Source of the DNA: an uncultured Bacteroidota bacterium
GTDB lineage: Bacteria > Bacteroidota > Bacteroidia > JABEUT01
Direction: 5' to 3'
DNA: 64,000 nucleotides
NCBI GenBank assembly: GCA_903863935.1
Contig: CAIPDV010000049.1
Coordinates: forward strand, 1,893-65,892
A program made the translations under genes and the position numbers. The notes under the pieces were generated by a model. The model did not search any database, was not told the DNA's origin, and saw nothing but the letters and a program-made list of their open reading frames with translations. Below are positions 46,660 to 56,019 of this stretch, one piece after another (the stretch's first letter is position 1; the number at the start of each line of letters is the position of its first letter).

Positions 46660-47895
46660 ATGAGGAAATTCAAGTTGCTTTTTAGTATATTCAGTATTTT
46701 TTGCCTTTGTAACCCAACAACCACTAAAGGATATGCCCTGCTTACGCATGAAATGATTGTTAATGCAACCTGGGAAAATTCAATTATTCCCTTGTTGAAA
46801 CAAAAATACCCTGAGGCCACAGACTCGAATTTAATAGAAGCGAAAGAATATGTGTATGGAGGCACTGTAATTCCGGATGTAGGATATTACCCTTTCGGGA
46901 ATATGTTTTTTACCGACCTTATTCATTATGTACGCACCGGTGATTTTATTCAGGCTTTACTGGATGAGTCTCAAAATTTAGATGAGTACGCATTCTCACT
47001 TGGTGTGCTTTGCCATTACACGGCCGATGTGTATGGGCATTCGGAAGGCACCAACCTTGCAGTTCCAATGCGGTTTCCAAAAGAAAAAGCTAAATTCGGG
47101 GATACCGTTACCTATGAACAGGATCACGTTTCACACATACAAATGGAATTCAGTTTTGATGTATTACAAACAGCTTTGGGTAATTATTCGGCTCAAACTT
47201 ATCATGAATTTGTAGGTTTTAAAATAAGCCAGCCTGTTTTGGAAAGAGCTTTTAAAAAAACGTATTCGCTCGATTTGAAAACCTATTTTAATCCTGTGGC
47301 TGTTGGTTTTTTACGATATTCAATCAAACATATTTACGAGGAGTTAACGAAAGATGCATGGAGGTTAAGAAAGGTTGATATTACGAAAGCGCACCCGCTG
47401 TTGACGCAAAAAGATTTTCAATTCCGGATGGGGAAAAAGGATTACTATAAAGAATACGGGAAGCCAAAATTTAAAGCCATATTTTTTTATTCCATAATAA
47501 AAATAATTCCAAAAATAGGCCCACTTTTGGTGTTGAAATTTGAAGCACCAACTCCTGAGGTGGAGAAGTTATATAAGCAAAGCCTTGATACGGTTATTTT
47601 CAATTTTTCTCTGTCATTAAAGAAAATATCTAAGGGTGATACACTATTACTCAATAAGGATTTCGATACAGGAAAGAAGACTATTTCAGGGGAGTATAAA
47701 CTTGCCGATGAATGTTATTATAAGCTTCTGGGAACCCTTGATAACAATAAGTTTCAATATTTAAGCCCTGCACTGAAAAACAATATTCTTGAGTTTTATA
47801 AAACCCCTGTTACATTAAAGTTTCCTGAGAGAAAATCACGGAAGTCGGGGCAGTTATCAATTGAAGTAACTCAGCTTATGGCTGCACAATTGTAA
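46660..47895 (+). CDS. zinc-dependent phospholipase C-like family protein
   Basis: LTHEMIV..., DVGYYPFGN..FTDLIHYVRTGDF, LCHYTADVYGH. The pattern is recalled from Bacteroidota Zn_dep_PLPC proteins. Confidence 0.55.
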   Translation: MRKFKLLFSIFSIFCLCNPTTTKGYALLTHEMIVNATWENSIIPLLKQKYPEATDSNLIEAKEYVYGGTVIPDVGYYPFGNMFFTDLIHYVRTGDFIQALLDESQNLDEYAFSLGVLCHYTADVYGHSEGTNLAVPMRFPKEKAKFGDTVTYEQDHVSHIQMEFSFDVLQTALGNYSAQTYHEFVGFKISQPVLERAFKKTYSLDLKTYFNPVAVGFLRYSIKHIYEELTKDAWRLRKVDITKAHPLLTQKDFQFRMGKKDYYKEYGKPKFKAIFFYSIIKIIPKIGPLLVLKFEAPTPEVEKLYKQSLDTVIFNFSLSLKKISKGDTLLLNKDFDTGKKTISGEYKLADECYYKLLGTLDNNKFQYLSPALKNNILEFYKTPVTLKFPERKSRKSGQLSIEVTQLMAAQL

Positions 47896-47965
47896 CAAAC
47901 AGGATATATCACAGATTTCTTGCAGCTAACATCTTATCTTTATATTTTTATCCTACTTTTATTCT

Positions 47966-49060
47966 ATGAAATTTATTAGTCATATTATTATATCACTTTG
48001 TTGTTTGCTGGTTAGTTGCACCTGTTCTGCACAAGCTGCTGAGAAGCCAAGTTTCAAGCTTTATCTTGTTGGAGATGCCGGCGAGGGGGATACGACAGGA
48101 GCAACCCTCCGTGATTTGCATACCGAGTTGCTTAAAGATTCAAATAGTGCTGTTATTTTTCTTGGCGATAATTGTTACTTAAAAACATTTATATCGTCCA
48201 TTTTCGACCTTGAAGTTGGAGGTTATAATGGTGGGAAAACAGCCAAAAGCAGGATGATGGGGCAAATGAATATTTTGCGTGGCTATAAGGGTTCAGCCTA
48301 TTTTGTGCCGGGTAATCATGATTGGTGGAATATGATAGATTTAAAGAAAGGAGAAAAGCGCCTCAGACTGGAAGAAGATTTTGTGGAGGATACCCTTAAG
48401 ACGTTTACTTCTCTGAGAAATCACAATAATGGAACTTTTCTTCCCTCAAAGGGAAACCCGGGTCCTGTTTCACTGGATTTTAACAACGGGAAAACACGAA
48501 TTATTTTTATTGATACCTATCGTTTAATAATTGAAGAAGGAAGAAAAAGGAAGAGTGCAAATGCCCGGTTGGATAGCTTTTATCACAGTCTGGAAGTACA
48601 ACTAAAGGACGCAACAAGCAGGCATGAAAAGATTACAGTTGTAGCACATCATCCCATTCATGCAAAAGGTAAACATTCAGGTCCTCTTATATTTTGGGAA
48701 AGGGTTATCCGTCGCTTTGGAGACAATAATTCGAATTACCCACCTTACAATAAAATGGCAGTGCATCTGGATAGTTTACTGAAAATGCAAAATCGCCCCG
48801 ATATTTATTATGTTAGCGGACATGAACATTCGCTGGAATATTTATACAGCGATAGCCTGCATTACATTATAAGCGGAGCCGGAAGCAAGATTGATAGGGT
48901 AAAAGATGGGTCGTGCGAAAATGGGTTCGAATGTTTAAAGTTTAACGAAGAAGGTTTTTTTGAAATCGATTTTTACGGTCACAAAGAAACTGTTTTAATG
49001 TACCATCGAAAAGATACATCCGCTCCTTTGGATGTGCATTGTGTTTCAGGGTGTGAATAG
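47966..49060 (+). CDS. metallophosphoesterase (calcineurin-like)
   Basis: LVGDAGEG, FLGDNCY, VPGNHDW, VVAHHP, SGHEHSLEY. Confidence 0.82.
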   Translation: MKFISHIIISLCCLLVSCTCSAQAAEKPSFKLYLVGDAGEGDTTGATLRDLHTELLKDSNSAVIFLGDNCYLKTFISSIFDLEVGGYNGGKTAKSRMMGQMNILRGYKGSAYFVPGNHDWWNMIDLKKGEKRLRLEEDFVEDTLKTFTSLRNHNNGTFLPSKGNPGPVSLDFNNGKTRIIFIDTYRLIIEEGRKRKSANARLDSFYHSLEVQLKDATSRHEKITVVAHHPIHAKGKHSGPLIFWERVIRRFGDNNSNYPPYNKMAVHLDSLLKMQNRPDIYYVSGHEHSLEYLYSDSLHYIISGAGSKIDRVKDGSCENGFECLKFNEEGFFEIDFYGHKETVLMYHRKDTSAPLDVHCVSGCE

Positions 49061-49069
49061 TAACTTAAG

Positions 49070-49648
49070 TTATCTTCTTCTTGCCCACAGAATAGTGGTG
49101 CATATCAGATTTGTACACATTATTGTTGCAGGATATAGGGTTGTTGTAATTGAGTAAACCCCTATAGCCACCAGGTTAAATCCGCTTGAAACAAAGAATA
49201 AAGCATACATAGACAATGTCTCTGAATAGGGTTCTGAATAAGCTTTTCGCATGGTTGGCAAAAAGCCTACGAGATCAATTAGTGTAATTAGTATAACTGC
49301 CAGAACGGCATTATGAAGGAAGAAATAAACAGCAATTGAAGCTAATGCTCCAATAAGGCAAAGTGTGTCGAACGTGGTAATGTTTTTACTGCCGTATTTT
49401 AATGAAAGGATGAAAATATATCCGCAAAAGAATGCTCCAATAGCAAGCGTTAATGCTCCAATACCTGCTCCGTTGTTATACATTGCAAGTACACCCGTAA
49501 CTTGCAGAATGGTCCAGATGAGCCAGGTGTAAGTGTGAGGTTGGGTTTTTCTTTTAAAAACATCCCTTAGGTAAGGATAGAAACTTGCCGTACCGATAAT
49601 GGTTGCAATAATTCCGCAGGTAAATTTGATTGTTTCAGTAGATGCCAT
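49070..49648 (-). CDS. small polytopic membrane protein, function unknown
   Basis: About 6-7 hydrophobic segments. Likely start MASTETIKF. Confidence 0.55.
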   Translation of the reverse strand: MASTETIKFTCGIIATIIGTASFYPYLRDVFKRKTQPHTYTWLIWTILQVTGVLAMYNNGAGIGALTLAIGAFFCGYIFILSLKYGSKNITTFDTLCLIGALASIAVYFFLHNAVLAVILITLIDLVGFLPTMRKAYSEPYSETLSMYALFFVSSGFNLVAIGVYSITTTLYPATIMCTNLICTTILWARRR

Positions 49649-49795
49649 AAGCAGATGCAATAATACATTATTATTTAGCATTAACTTTTTTTAACCAAAT
49701 ACTACGGTGGACGGTAATAGCTTTGTAGTACTAAAATTGATTTAATAGTTCCACTGTAATCAGTTTTGTTTTATAATTTATTTATCCCTTCTCCT

Positions 49796-52234
49796 ATGAA
49801 ATATATAGTCTTATTAACAGTTTTGCTCTTTTCCTTTATTCAAAATAATGTTTCAGGACAGAAAAAAGGAAAAGTTGAAGTGAAGGTTTCCGATCCTGAT
49901 AAAAAGCCGTTGGAAGAAATTATGGTTCAGGTGATCAAAGCAAAAGATTCCACAATGGTACAATATGTATTCACTGACCCAACCGGGTTAGCTGATATAA
50001 GAGATATTCCATATGGTAAATACCTTGTTTATATAACCCAGGTGGGATATGCGACTTACATTTCTGCACCTTTTGTAATTGACAGTATTAATACCCAAGC
50101 AACATTACCTGATATAACCTTACAATCCCTATCAATCAACGAAGTTGTAGTGGAAGGTAAGACCCCAGTTATTCAGCACTATGCCGATAAAACAGTTGTG
50201 AATGTTGATAAGAGCGCGCTGAGTGCCGTTGGCAGTGCGTATGATGTTTTAAAGCGCGCTCCGGGAATAACCATTGATAATAATGATAACATAAGTATGC
50301 GCGGTAAGCAAAATGTGCTGGTAATGATTGATGGAAGAATTACACCTATGTCGGCCGCTGACCTTGCCAATCTGCTGAAAGGAATACCATCGGAATCCGT
50401 TGAGAAAATAGAATTAATCACCAATCCTTCTTCTAAATATGATGCAAATGGAACCGCCGGAATAATTAATATCGTTCTGAAAAAGAACAAAGCAATAGGG
50501 TTGAATGTGTCAATACATGCAGGGTACAGTCAGGGTGTATATGCAAAAACAAATGACGGTTTCAGTATTAACGACCGCACTAAAAAGTTCAACTTATTTG
50601 GAAGTTACAACTATTCTTATCGGGGAGGATCCAATGTGATTGACCTTAACAGCAATTATTACAACGGTTCACAACTAACAGCAGCCACGCAGCAATTCGA
50701 GTACCTGAAATTCCCGATTACAAACCATATGGCTAGGGTTGGGGCTGATTTTTTTGCTTCGGATAAAACAACCATTGGTTTTATTGCAGATGGAAGCAGA
50801 AGGACTTTCAATACTACGGAATCAACAAACACCTATGTGTACGACAGTACAAACAGGGAAACATCCTACAATGTAACCAACAGTGCAACACCGAATACAA
50901 CATACAATTATTCCGGAAACCTGAATTTGAAACATACGTTTGATTCAGCTGGAAGGGAACTGTTGTTGAATCTGGACTATGCGAATTATAATAATAAAGG
51001 CTATCAAAGTGTACTCACCGATTTTTATGATCTGAATAATTTTCAGTCTTCCGCGCCTACAAACTTGTGGGGTTATTTGCCCGGCAACCTTGATATATAT
51101 TCTTTTAAAGCCGACTATGACGGGCAATTGGGCCGCAAAGGCAGACTTGAAGCAGGAGCAAAAACGAGTTATGTGCGAACCGATAATAATGTAATGATAT
51201 ATGATGGACTTGATAATACCGCACCAGTTGACACTGCCCAGAGCAATCATTTTATCTATTCAGAGAATATAAATGCAATTTATGGAACCTATAGCAGAAG
51301 CATTCCCAAGGCTGATATACAGCTTGGGTTGCGGGTAGAGCAAACTATTTCAACCGGTAACCAGGTTACAACCGGGCAAAAATTCTCACACAATTTCATA
51401 CAGGTATTCCCAACCATTTCAATTAATGATTCTATTGCAAAAGACCATTTGCTTGGCATATCTGCTACCCGCCGCATTGACCGCCCAACTTACGAGCAGT
51501 TAAATCCATTCAGGTTATTGGTTAATCCTACTTTCTACCTGCAGGGAAACCCGTACCTTATTCCGCAAAGCGCATATTCTGCTTCCATTTCCGATACTTA
51601 CAAAGACAGATATACCCTTTCACTTTCCTATACACACACTTCAAATGCAATTACTACTGTGATATTCCCGTTCCCCGGCAGCAAGGGCATTGCAGAACAA
51701 ACAGAACAAAATCTCACTTCATTCGATAGTTATAATTCAAACCTTACAGTTGTAAATCAATTTGGCAAATGGCTGAATGTAACTGTTAGTGCCGATGCTT
51801 ATATGAGTCACTATGCAGCCAATTTATCATCCACACCATTGAATTCAAACCGCTATTTGTGGGATATAAGCAGCAGCGATAATATTACCATTACTAAAAA
51901 TTTAAGCCTGGACCTGTTTGGTTATTATGGATCAGGTTATGATCTTGGATACCTTTACATACAAGGTTCCTGGACAGTTTCCGCAGGTGTAAGAATAACA
52001 GTTTTAAAAGGAAAAGGAAGTATAACAATCAATTCGGGTGATGTTTTTTGGACTGACCTTACCAAAGCGACTACCACCTTTGCCGGATTCAATCAAACTA
52101 TATTTGTAAGAAGAGATACCCGTTTTGTAGGCATAGCTTTTGCATATCATTTTGGCGATTCTCCGGCCTCACGCTCCCTGCGTAGCAAAGGTGGTGCCGA
52201 AGATGAAAAGAAAAGAGCTGATAAGTCTTCCTAG
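49796..52234 (+). CDS. outer-membrane beta-barrel family protein (CarboxypepD_reg plus plug-like plus barrel; TonB-dependent-receptor-like)
   Basis: Likely start MKYIVLLTVLLFSF. A GKVEVKVSD...GKYLVYITQVGY domain and a plug-like VLKRAPGITIDNNDNISMRGKQNVLVMIDGR. Confidence 0.75.
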   Translation: MKYIVLLTVLLFSFIQNNVSGQKKGKVEVKVSDPDKKPLEEIMVQVIKAKDSTMVQYVFTDPTGLADIRDIPYGKYLVYITQVGYATYISAPFVIDSINTQATLPDITLQSLSINEVVVEGKTPVIQHYADKTVVNVDKSALSAVGSAYDVLKRAPGITIDNNDNISMRGKQNVLVMIDGRITPMSAADLANLLKGIPSESVEKIELITNPSSKYDANGTAGIINIVLKKNKAIGLNVSIHAGYSQGVYAKTNDGFSINDRTKKFNLFGSYNYSYRGGSNVIDLNSNYYNGSQLTAATQQFEYLKFPITNHMARVGADFFASDKTTIGFIADGSRRTFNTTESTNTYVYDSTNRETSYNVTNSATPNTTYNYSGNLNLKHTFDSAGRELLLNLDYANYNNKGYQSVLTDFYDLNNFQSSAPTNLWGYLPGNLDIYSFKADYDGQLGRKGRLEAGAKTSYVRTDNNVMIYDGLDNTAPVDTAQSNHFIYSENINAIYGTYSRSIPKADIQLGLRVEQTISTGNQVTTGQKFSHNFIQVFPTISINDSIAKDHLLGISATRRIDRPTYEQLNPFRLLVNPTFYLQGNPYLIPQSAYSASISDTYKDRYTLSLSYTHTSNAITTVIFPFPGSKGIAEQTEQNLTSFDSYNSNLTVVNQFGKWLNVTVSADAYMSHYAANLSSTPLNSNRYLWDISSSDNITITKNLSLDLFGYYGSGYDLGYLYIQGSWTVSAGVRITVLKGKGSITINSGDVFWTDLTKATTTFAGFNQTIFVRRDTRFVGIAFAYHFGDSPASRSLRSKGGAEDEKKRADKSS

Positions 52235-52275
52235 GGAAAATTGGGTTCTGGGTTGACAAGGAATCATTAAATAAA

Positions 52276-52300
52276 AAAGGACATTATATGATGTCCTTTT
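52276..52300. terminator. hairpin between convergent genes
   Basis: aaaggacat-tatatg-atgtccttt plus T. Confidence 0.5.
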
Positions 52301-52322
52301 AGTAATAACTTAATCAGTTTGT

Positions 52323-52964
52323 TTAGTTGAATTTATTTACAAAATGATGGCAATAAGGTGTACTGCCTTCATGGTCGTAATGATGCTGATGATAGCCTTC
52401 AGCAGGGTAGAAGGTAGTAGCTTGCTTTAGCTGGGTGGCAACTTTCATGCCTTTTGCGGTTAACTGGTCAATCAGTTTTTGAGCGGTTTTTCTTTGGGCA
52501 TCATCGGCATAAAAAACAACCGACATATATTGCTCGCCAATATCAGGCCCTTGTCCATTAGTTTGAGATGGATCGTGAATGTTAAAGAATAATCTGGCCA
52601 TATCTTCATACGATGTAATGCTTGGGTCATAGGTAACTTTTATGGCTTCATAGTGGCCGGAAGTATGTGAGCAAACCTGTTCGTAGGTTGGCTTGTCAGT
52701 ATGGCCACCAATGTAACCGACAACGGTGTTAGTTACACCTTTTGCTTTTTCGAAGTAATATTGAACACCCCAAAAGCAGCCGCCTGCAAAAATGGCGGTT
52801 TCATAATGTTTGTTTGTGTCGGACGATGTGGATTGATTCATAGTTTGAGTTGAATTTGAGTTTGTGTCGGTAGGATTATTTTTAGCAGAATTTGAACAAC
52901 CATAAATACTCCCCACAAAAGTAAATAATAAAGTTGCTGCAGATAGATACAGACGATTCATCAT
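52323..52964 (-). CDS. msrA: peptide-methionine (S)-S-oxide reductase MsrA, lipoprotein form
   Basis: Lipobox SIYGC, an S/T/N linker, catalytic GGCFWGVQYYF. Confidence 0.88.
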   Translation of the reverse strand: MMNRLYLSAATLLFTFVGSIYGCSNSAKNNPTDTNSNSTQTMNQSTSSDTNKHYETAIFAGGCFWGVQYYFEKAKGVTNTVVGYIGGHTDKPTYEQVCSHTSGHYEAIKVTYDPSITSYEDMARLFFNIHDPSQTNGQGPDIGEQYMSVVFYADDAQRKTAQKLIDQLTAKGMKVATQLKQATTFYPAEGYHQHHYDHEGSTPYCHHFVNKFN

Positions 52965-53054
52965 TGTTTTTGATTTATTAATTACCTAAGTTACGATAAT
53001 CCCTTAGGTATAGATTTCACTTATATGTTAAACGAAGTTAATTTCAATTACGAA

Positions 53055-53867
53055 TTAAACCGTCCCCATAACATACATAGCATCCATGGTAGGGGTAGGG
53101 CTTCCTCCTTCTTTTTCAAGAGTAATAGCAAATGCTTGTGCATTTTCAACATCAATCATACGGTGAAGTCCGGAACCGGGGCCAAGCATTCCTTCACTAA
53201 CCGGCTTACCATCTACTATAGCCCAAAGCTGGTATTGCATTCCTTTTGGTACTGCCGGAAGTTTATCAACTTCTATGTAAACTTTCTTTTCGCCGGGACT
53301 CCAGCATACCATAGCTTTGGCATCCGGAGCCGGTTTCAGGCCTTTTAACTCCACAATTTTATACGTAGGATCTTTCAGAATTGCAAGGTCATTTTCCATC
53401 TGGTGATAATTCGATGAAATGGATTTAATACTGTCACCGAGACTTGTGTTTATCTTAGTAAGGTTATCCAGGTAGCCATCCAGTTTATTCACTCTGGTAT
53501 AAAAGTAAATTGCAAATCCGGCACTAACCAAAAAAAGTATGGTTGCAGCAACCGACCAATATGAAAAGGAAGAATCGTCTCTTGGTTGCGTAGGTTGAAT
53601 GTTCCTAACAATAGATTCACGGTTGGTTTGTATAGTTTTGTTTTCAACAGAAATAGAGCCAAGAATTTTTTCTTTGAGATGGGAGGGAGGGGTAACACTG
53701 TGTTGAGTGGCATACTTGTTTATAGCTATTTCAATAGCTTCAAGTTCTCTTTTTATTTCCGGATACGTAGTAGCGTATTTTTCCACTTCCGCATTTTCTT
53801 CCGGAGTGGTATTTCCTAAAACATAGGACTCTAAAATACCCGATGCTATATATTCCTCTGTGTTCAT
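53055..53867 (-). CDS. anti-sigma factor (RskA-like, single TM)
   Basis: N-terminal zinc-less ASD-like helix region, TM segment WSVAATILFLVSAGFAIYFY, C-terminal RskA-like domain. Overlaps the sigma gene by 4 nt. Confidence 0.72.
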   Translation of the reverse strand: MNTEEYIASGILESYVLGNTTPEENAEVEKYATTYPEIKRELEAIEIAINKYATQHSVTPPSHLKEKILGSISVENKTIQTNRESIVRNIQPTQPRDDSSFSYWSVAATILFLVSAGFAIYFYTRVNKLDGYLDNLTKINTSLGDSIKSISSNYHQMENDLAILKDPTYKIVELKGLKPAPDAKAMVCWSPGEKKVYIEVDKLPAVPKGMQYQLWAIVDGKPVSEGMLGPGSGLHRMIDVENAQAFAITLEKEGGSPTPTMDAMYVMGTV

Positions 53868-54427
53868 TTTAATGCCTGCTCACCCATAAAAATCTCCCTT
53901 AGTTGGCTAATTGCCGACCGTATACGCGTTTTAACTGTTCCAAGGGGTATATTCAGTTCTTCTGCTGCTTCTTCCTGTGTATATCCTTCAAAATATAACT
54001 TATCAATAAGTAGCTTGTATTCCGGTTTCATTTTATCAACTAGTGCTTTTAATCCAATATGATCAGGGTGTATTGAAAAACTATATTGCTTATTTATCCT
54101 ATTTACGGAATCATCAATGTTTCGGATTTGGCTTTTAAGTTTATAGTCCTTTACACGCAGACTATCAATTGCCGAATTGCGGGCTATATTTATAAGCCAT
54201 GTATATAACTTTCCTTTCGAGCGGTCGTAAGAAGAAATGTTTCGCCAGATTTTTACAAACACTTCCTGTAAAACATCTTCCGCATTTTCCTGTGATTCAA
54301 CAATGCGGATAATTACACCAAACAAGGCTGCAGAATAATTATCATACAGAATACCTAAAGAAGCCTGGTCACCACTTTTGAGTGATACTATCAATTCCTC
54401 TTCTGATATTTTTATTTTGTCTGACAA
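53864..54427 (-). CDS. ECF-type RNA polymerase sigma-70 factor
   Basis: Region 2 (DVLQEVFVKIW) and region 4 (YFEGYTQEEAAEELNIPLGTVKTRIR). Apparent TTG start. Confidence 0.82.
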   Translation of the reverse strand: MSDKIKISEEELIVSLKSGDQASLGILYDNYSAALFGVIIRIVESQENAEDVLQEVFVKIWRNISSYDRSKGKLYTWLINIARNSAIDSLRVKDYKLKSQIRNIDDSVNRINKQYSFSIHPDHIGLKALVDKMKPEYKLLIDKLYFEGYTQEEAAEELNIPLGTVKTRIRSAISQLREIFMGEQALK

Positions 54428-54450
54428 GTGTGTGGTACTTCTAGTAGGGA

Positions 54451-54458
54451 CAAAAATA
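54451..54458 (-). promoter_or_regulatory. candidate -7 box TATTTTTG for the sigma operon
   Basis: Matches TAnnTTTG, 23 nt upstream of the TTG start. Confidence 0.25.
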
Positions 54459-54471
54459 GTAAAGTTTGGAC

Positions 54472-54510
54472 TATAAAAAAAAGACCCTCCTTAATTAAGG
54501 AGGGTCTTTT
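54472..54510 (-). terminator. intrinsic terminator after SusD
   Basis: Perfect palindrome aagaccctcctt-aatt-aaggagggtctt, followed on the minus strand by tttttttt. Confidence 0.65.
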
Positions 54511-54545
54511 AAGCTTAAAGGCTAATGGCCTTAAGCAAATAGTTA

Positions 54546-55991
54546 CTAGTTGTCCCAGAACACTTTTGGAGACCATTGAGTAGCTGAAGGAACATTTGCA
54601 CCATTCAGGTTCAATTCGCTTTGTGGGTATAAGAATCTTCTTGGGATACCATCAGATTGGTAAGGGCCAGAAACCGGTGACAGCGCAGGGTTTCCATTTG
54701 GATAGCCTGTTACAGCGCAAGAACGGCGCCAGGTTGTCCATGCTTCAGGGTTCATATACTCAGCAATATACTCTTGTAAATAGTTTTGAGCCAATGCATC
54801 GTTAACCGAAGTTATAGGAAGCGGATTTGCTGCCTGATAGGTCGCAATTTGTCCGTTTGAAATAGCAGGGCCAACAGCAGGATTACTGCTTACCTTTGCC
54901 ATATTGGCTGCAATACCATTGTTATAAGCAATAGCTGCATTGGCAAAGTTACCAGTAGTTCTTAAAATAGCTTCAGCAGCTGTAAACATCATTTCATCGT
55001 AGCAAATGAATTCTACAGGTGAATTATCTTCCTGGTAATATGAATTCAAATAGTTGCCAACTGATTCATCAGCACTGTCTATGATATCATACTTACGAGG
55101 ATCATTCAGGTTAGATAATAATTGGAAGAAATTACCATCCACACTGTATGTAGCATCATAGGTGTAACTGATATCACCTCTTTGAGTGTAGAATTGATAG
55201 TTAGGTGAATTATTTGTCGCAGCTGACCCAAACATTACCTGTGCATTATCAGAATTGCTGGTGAAAGATAAAGCTACGTGAGCCAAAGCACTGTCTGCCA
55301 TAGCTGCATTTCCGCCACCGGTTTGTGCCTGGTGAATGTAAATACGTGCCATGATAGCATGAGCAAATTTGGTCCATAAACTTAAGTCCCCATTGTAAAC
55401 CACGTCATCTGAACTTGGCAGCAACACATCGTTGGTACTGTTGTTGAAGTCAGCAATTCCCTGCTTACATAAGGTTATTACTTTACCGTATAATACCTTG
55501 TCATCATCATAGGTAGGATATACATTAGCTGCTCCCTGAAGTGCTGTAGAATATGGAACTTTTCCCCAGCAGTCAACCATAACTTGAAGGGAGTAAGCCA
55601 TTAGCACTTCTGTAATTCCTTTGTATCCATTGTAAGTTCCCGAGGAACAAACTTGCATCAGATGATAGTCGTTGTACATATCAGCGGTGTACATATTATC
55701 CCACATTGCTTCAGGATCCTGATTGGTAAATATGTATTCGTAATATGCTGCCGATTGACGCGATACGCCGGTGGTTTGTTGTGCAAACATTCCGGTGAAA
55801 CGTGTCATGTCACCACCCTGTGTGTAAGCTAAACTTACCTCAATAGGTGTCAACAAAACATTAGGCAGTACAGAAGTAGGTGCATTGGGGTTTACGTTTT
55901 TATCTGTGTAAAAACTCTTGCTGCACGACATGGCAGTCAACAGCACGGCTGCTGTTGAAATTCCCGCAATATATTTATTAAGTGTTCTCAT
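54546..55991 (-). CDS. SusD/RagB-family nutrient-binding outer-membrane lipoprotein
   Basis: Lipobox LTAMSC. Length, and position directly downstream of the SusC-like gene. Confidence 0.8.
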   Translation of the reverse strand: MRTLNKYIAGISTAAVLLTAMSCSKSFYTDKNVNPNAPTSVLPNVLLTPIEVSLAYTQGGDMTRFTGMFAQQTTGVSRQSAAYYEYIFTNQDPEAMWDNMYTADMYNDYHLMQVCSSGTYNGYKGITEVLMAYSLQVMVDCWGKVPYSTALQGAANVYPTYDDDKVLYGKVITLCKQGIADFNNSTNDVLLPSSDDVVYNGDLSLWTKFAHAIMARIYIHQAQTGGGNAAMADSALAHVALSFTSNSDNAQVMFGSAATNNSPNYQFYTQRGDISYTYDATYSVDGNFFQLLSNLNDPRKYDIIDSADESVGNYLNSYYQEDNSPVEFICYDEMMFTAAEAILRTTGNFANAAIAYNNGIAANMAKVSSNPAVGPAISNGQIATYQAANPLPITSVNDALAQNYLQEYIAEYMNPEAWTTWRRSCAVTGYPNGNPALSPVSGPYQSDGIPRRFLYPQSELNLNGANVPSATQWSPKVFWDN

Positions 55992-56019
55992 TAGTTTAAA
56001 AATTTAATGCGTTTAAAAA

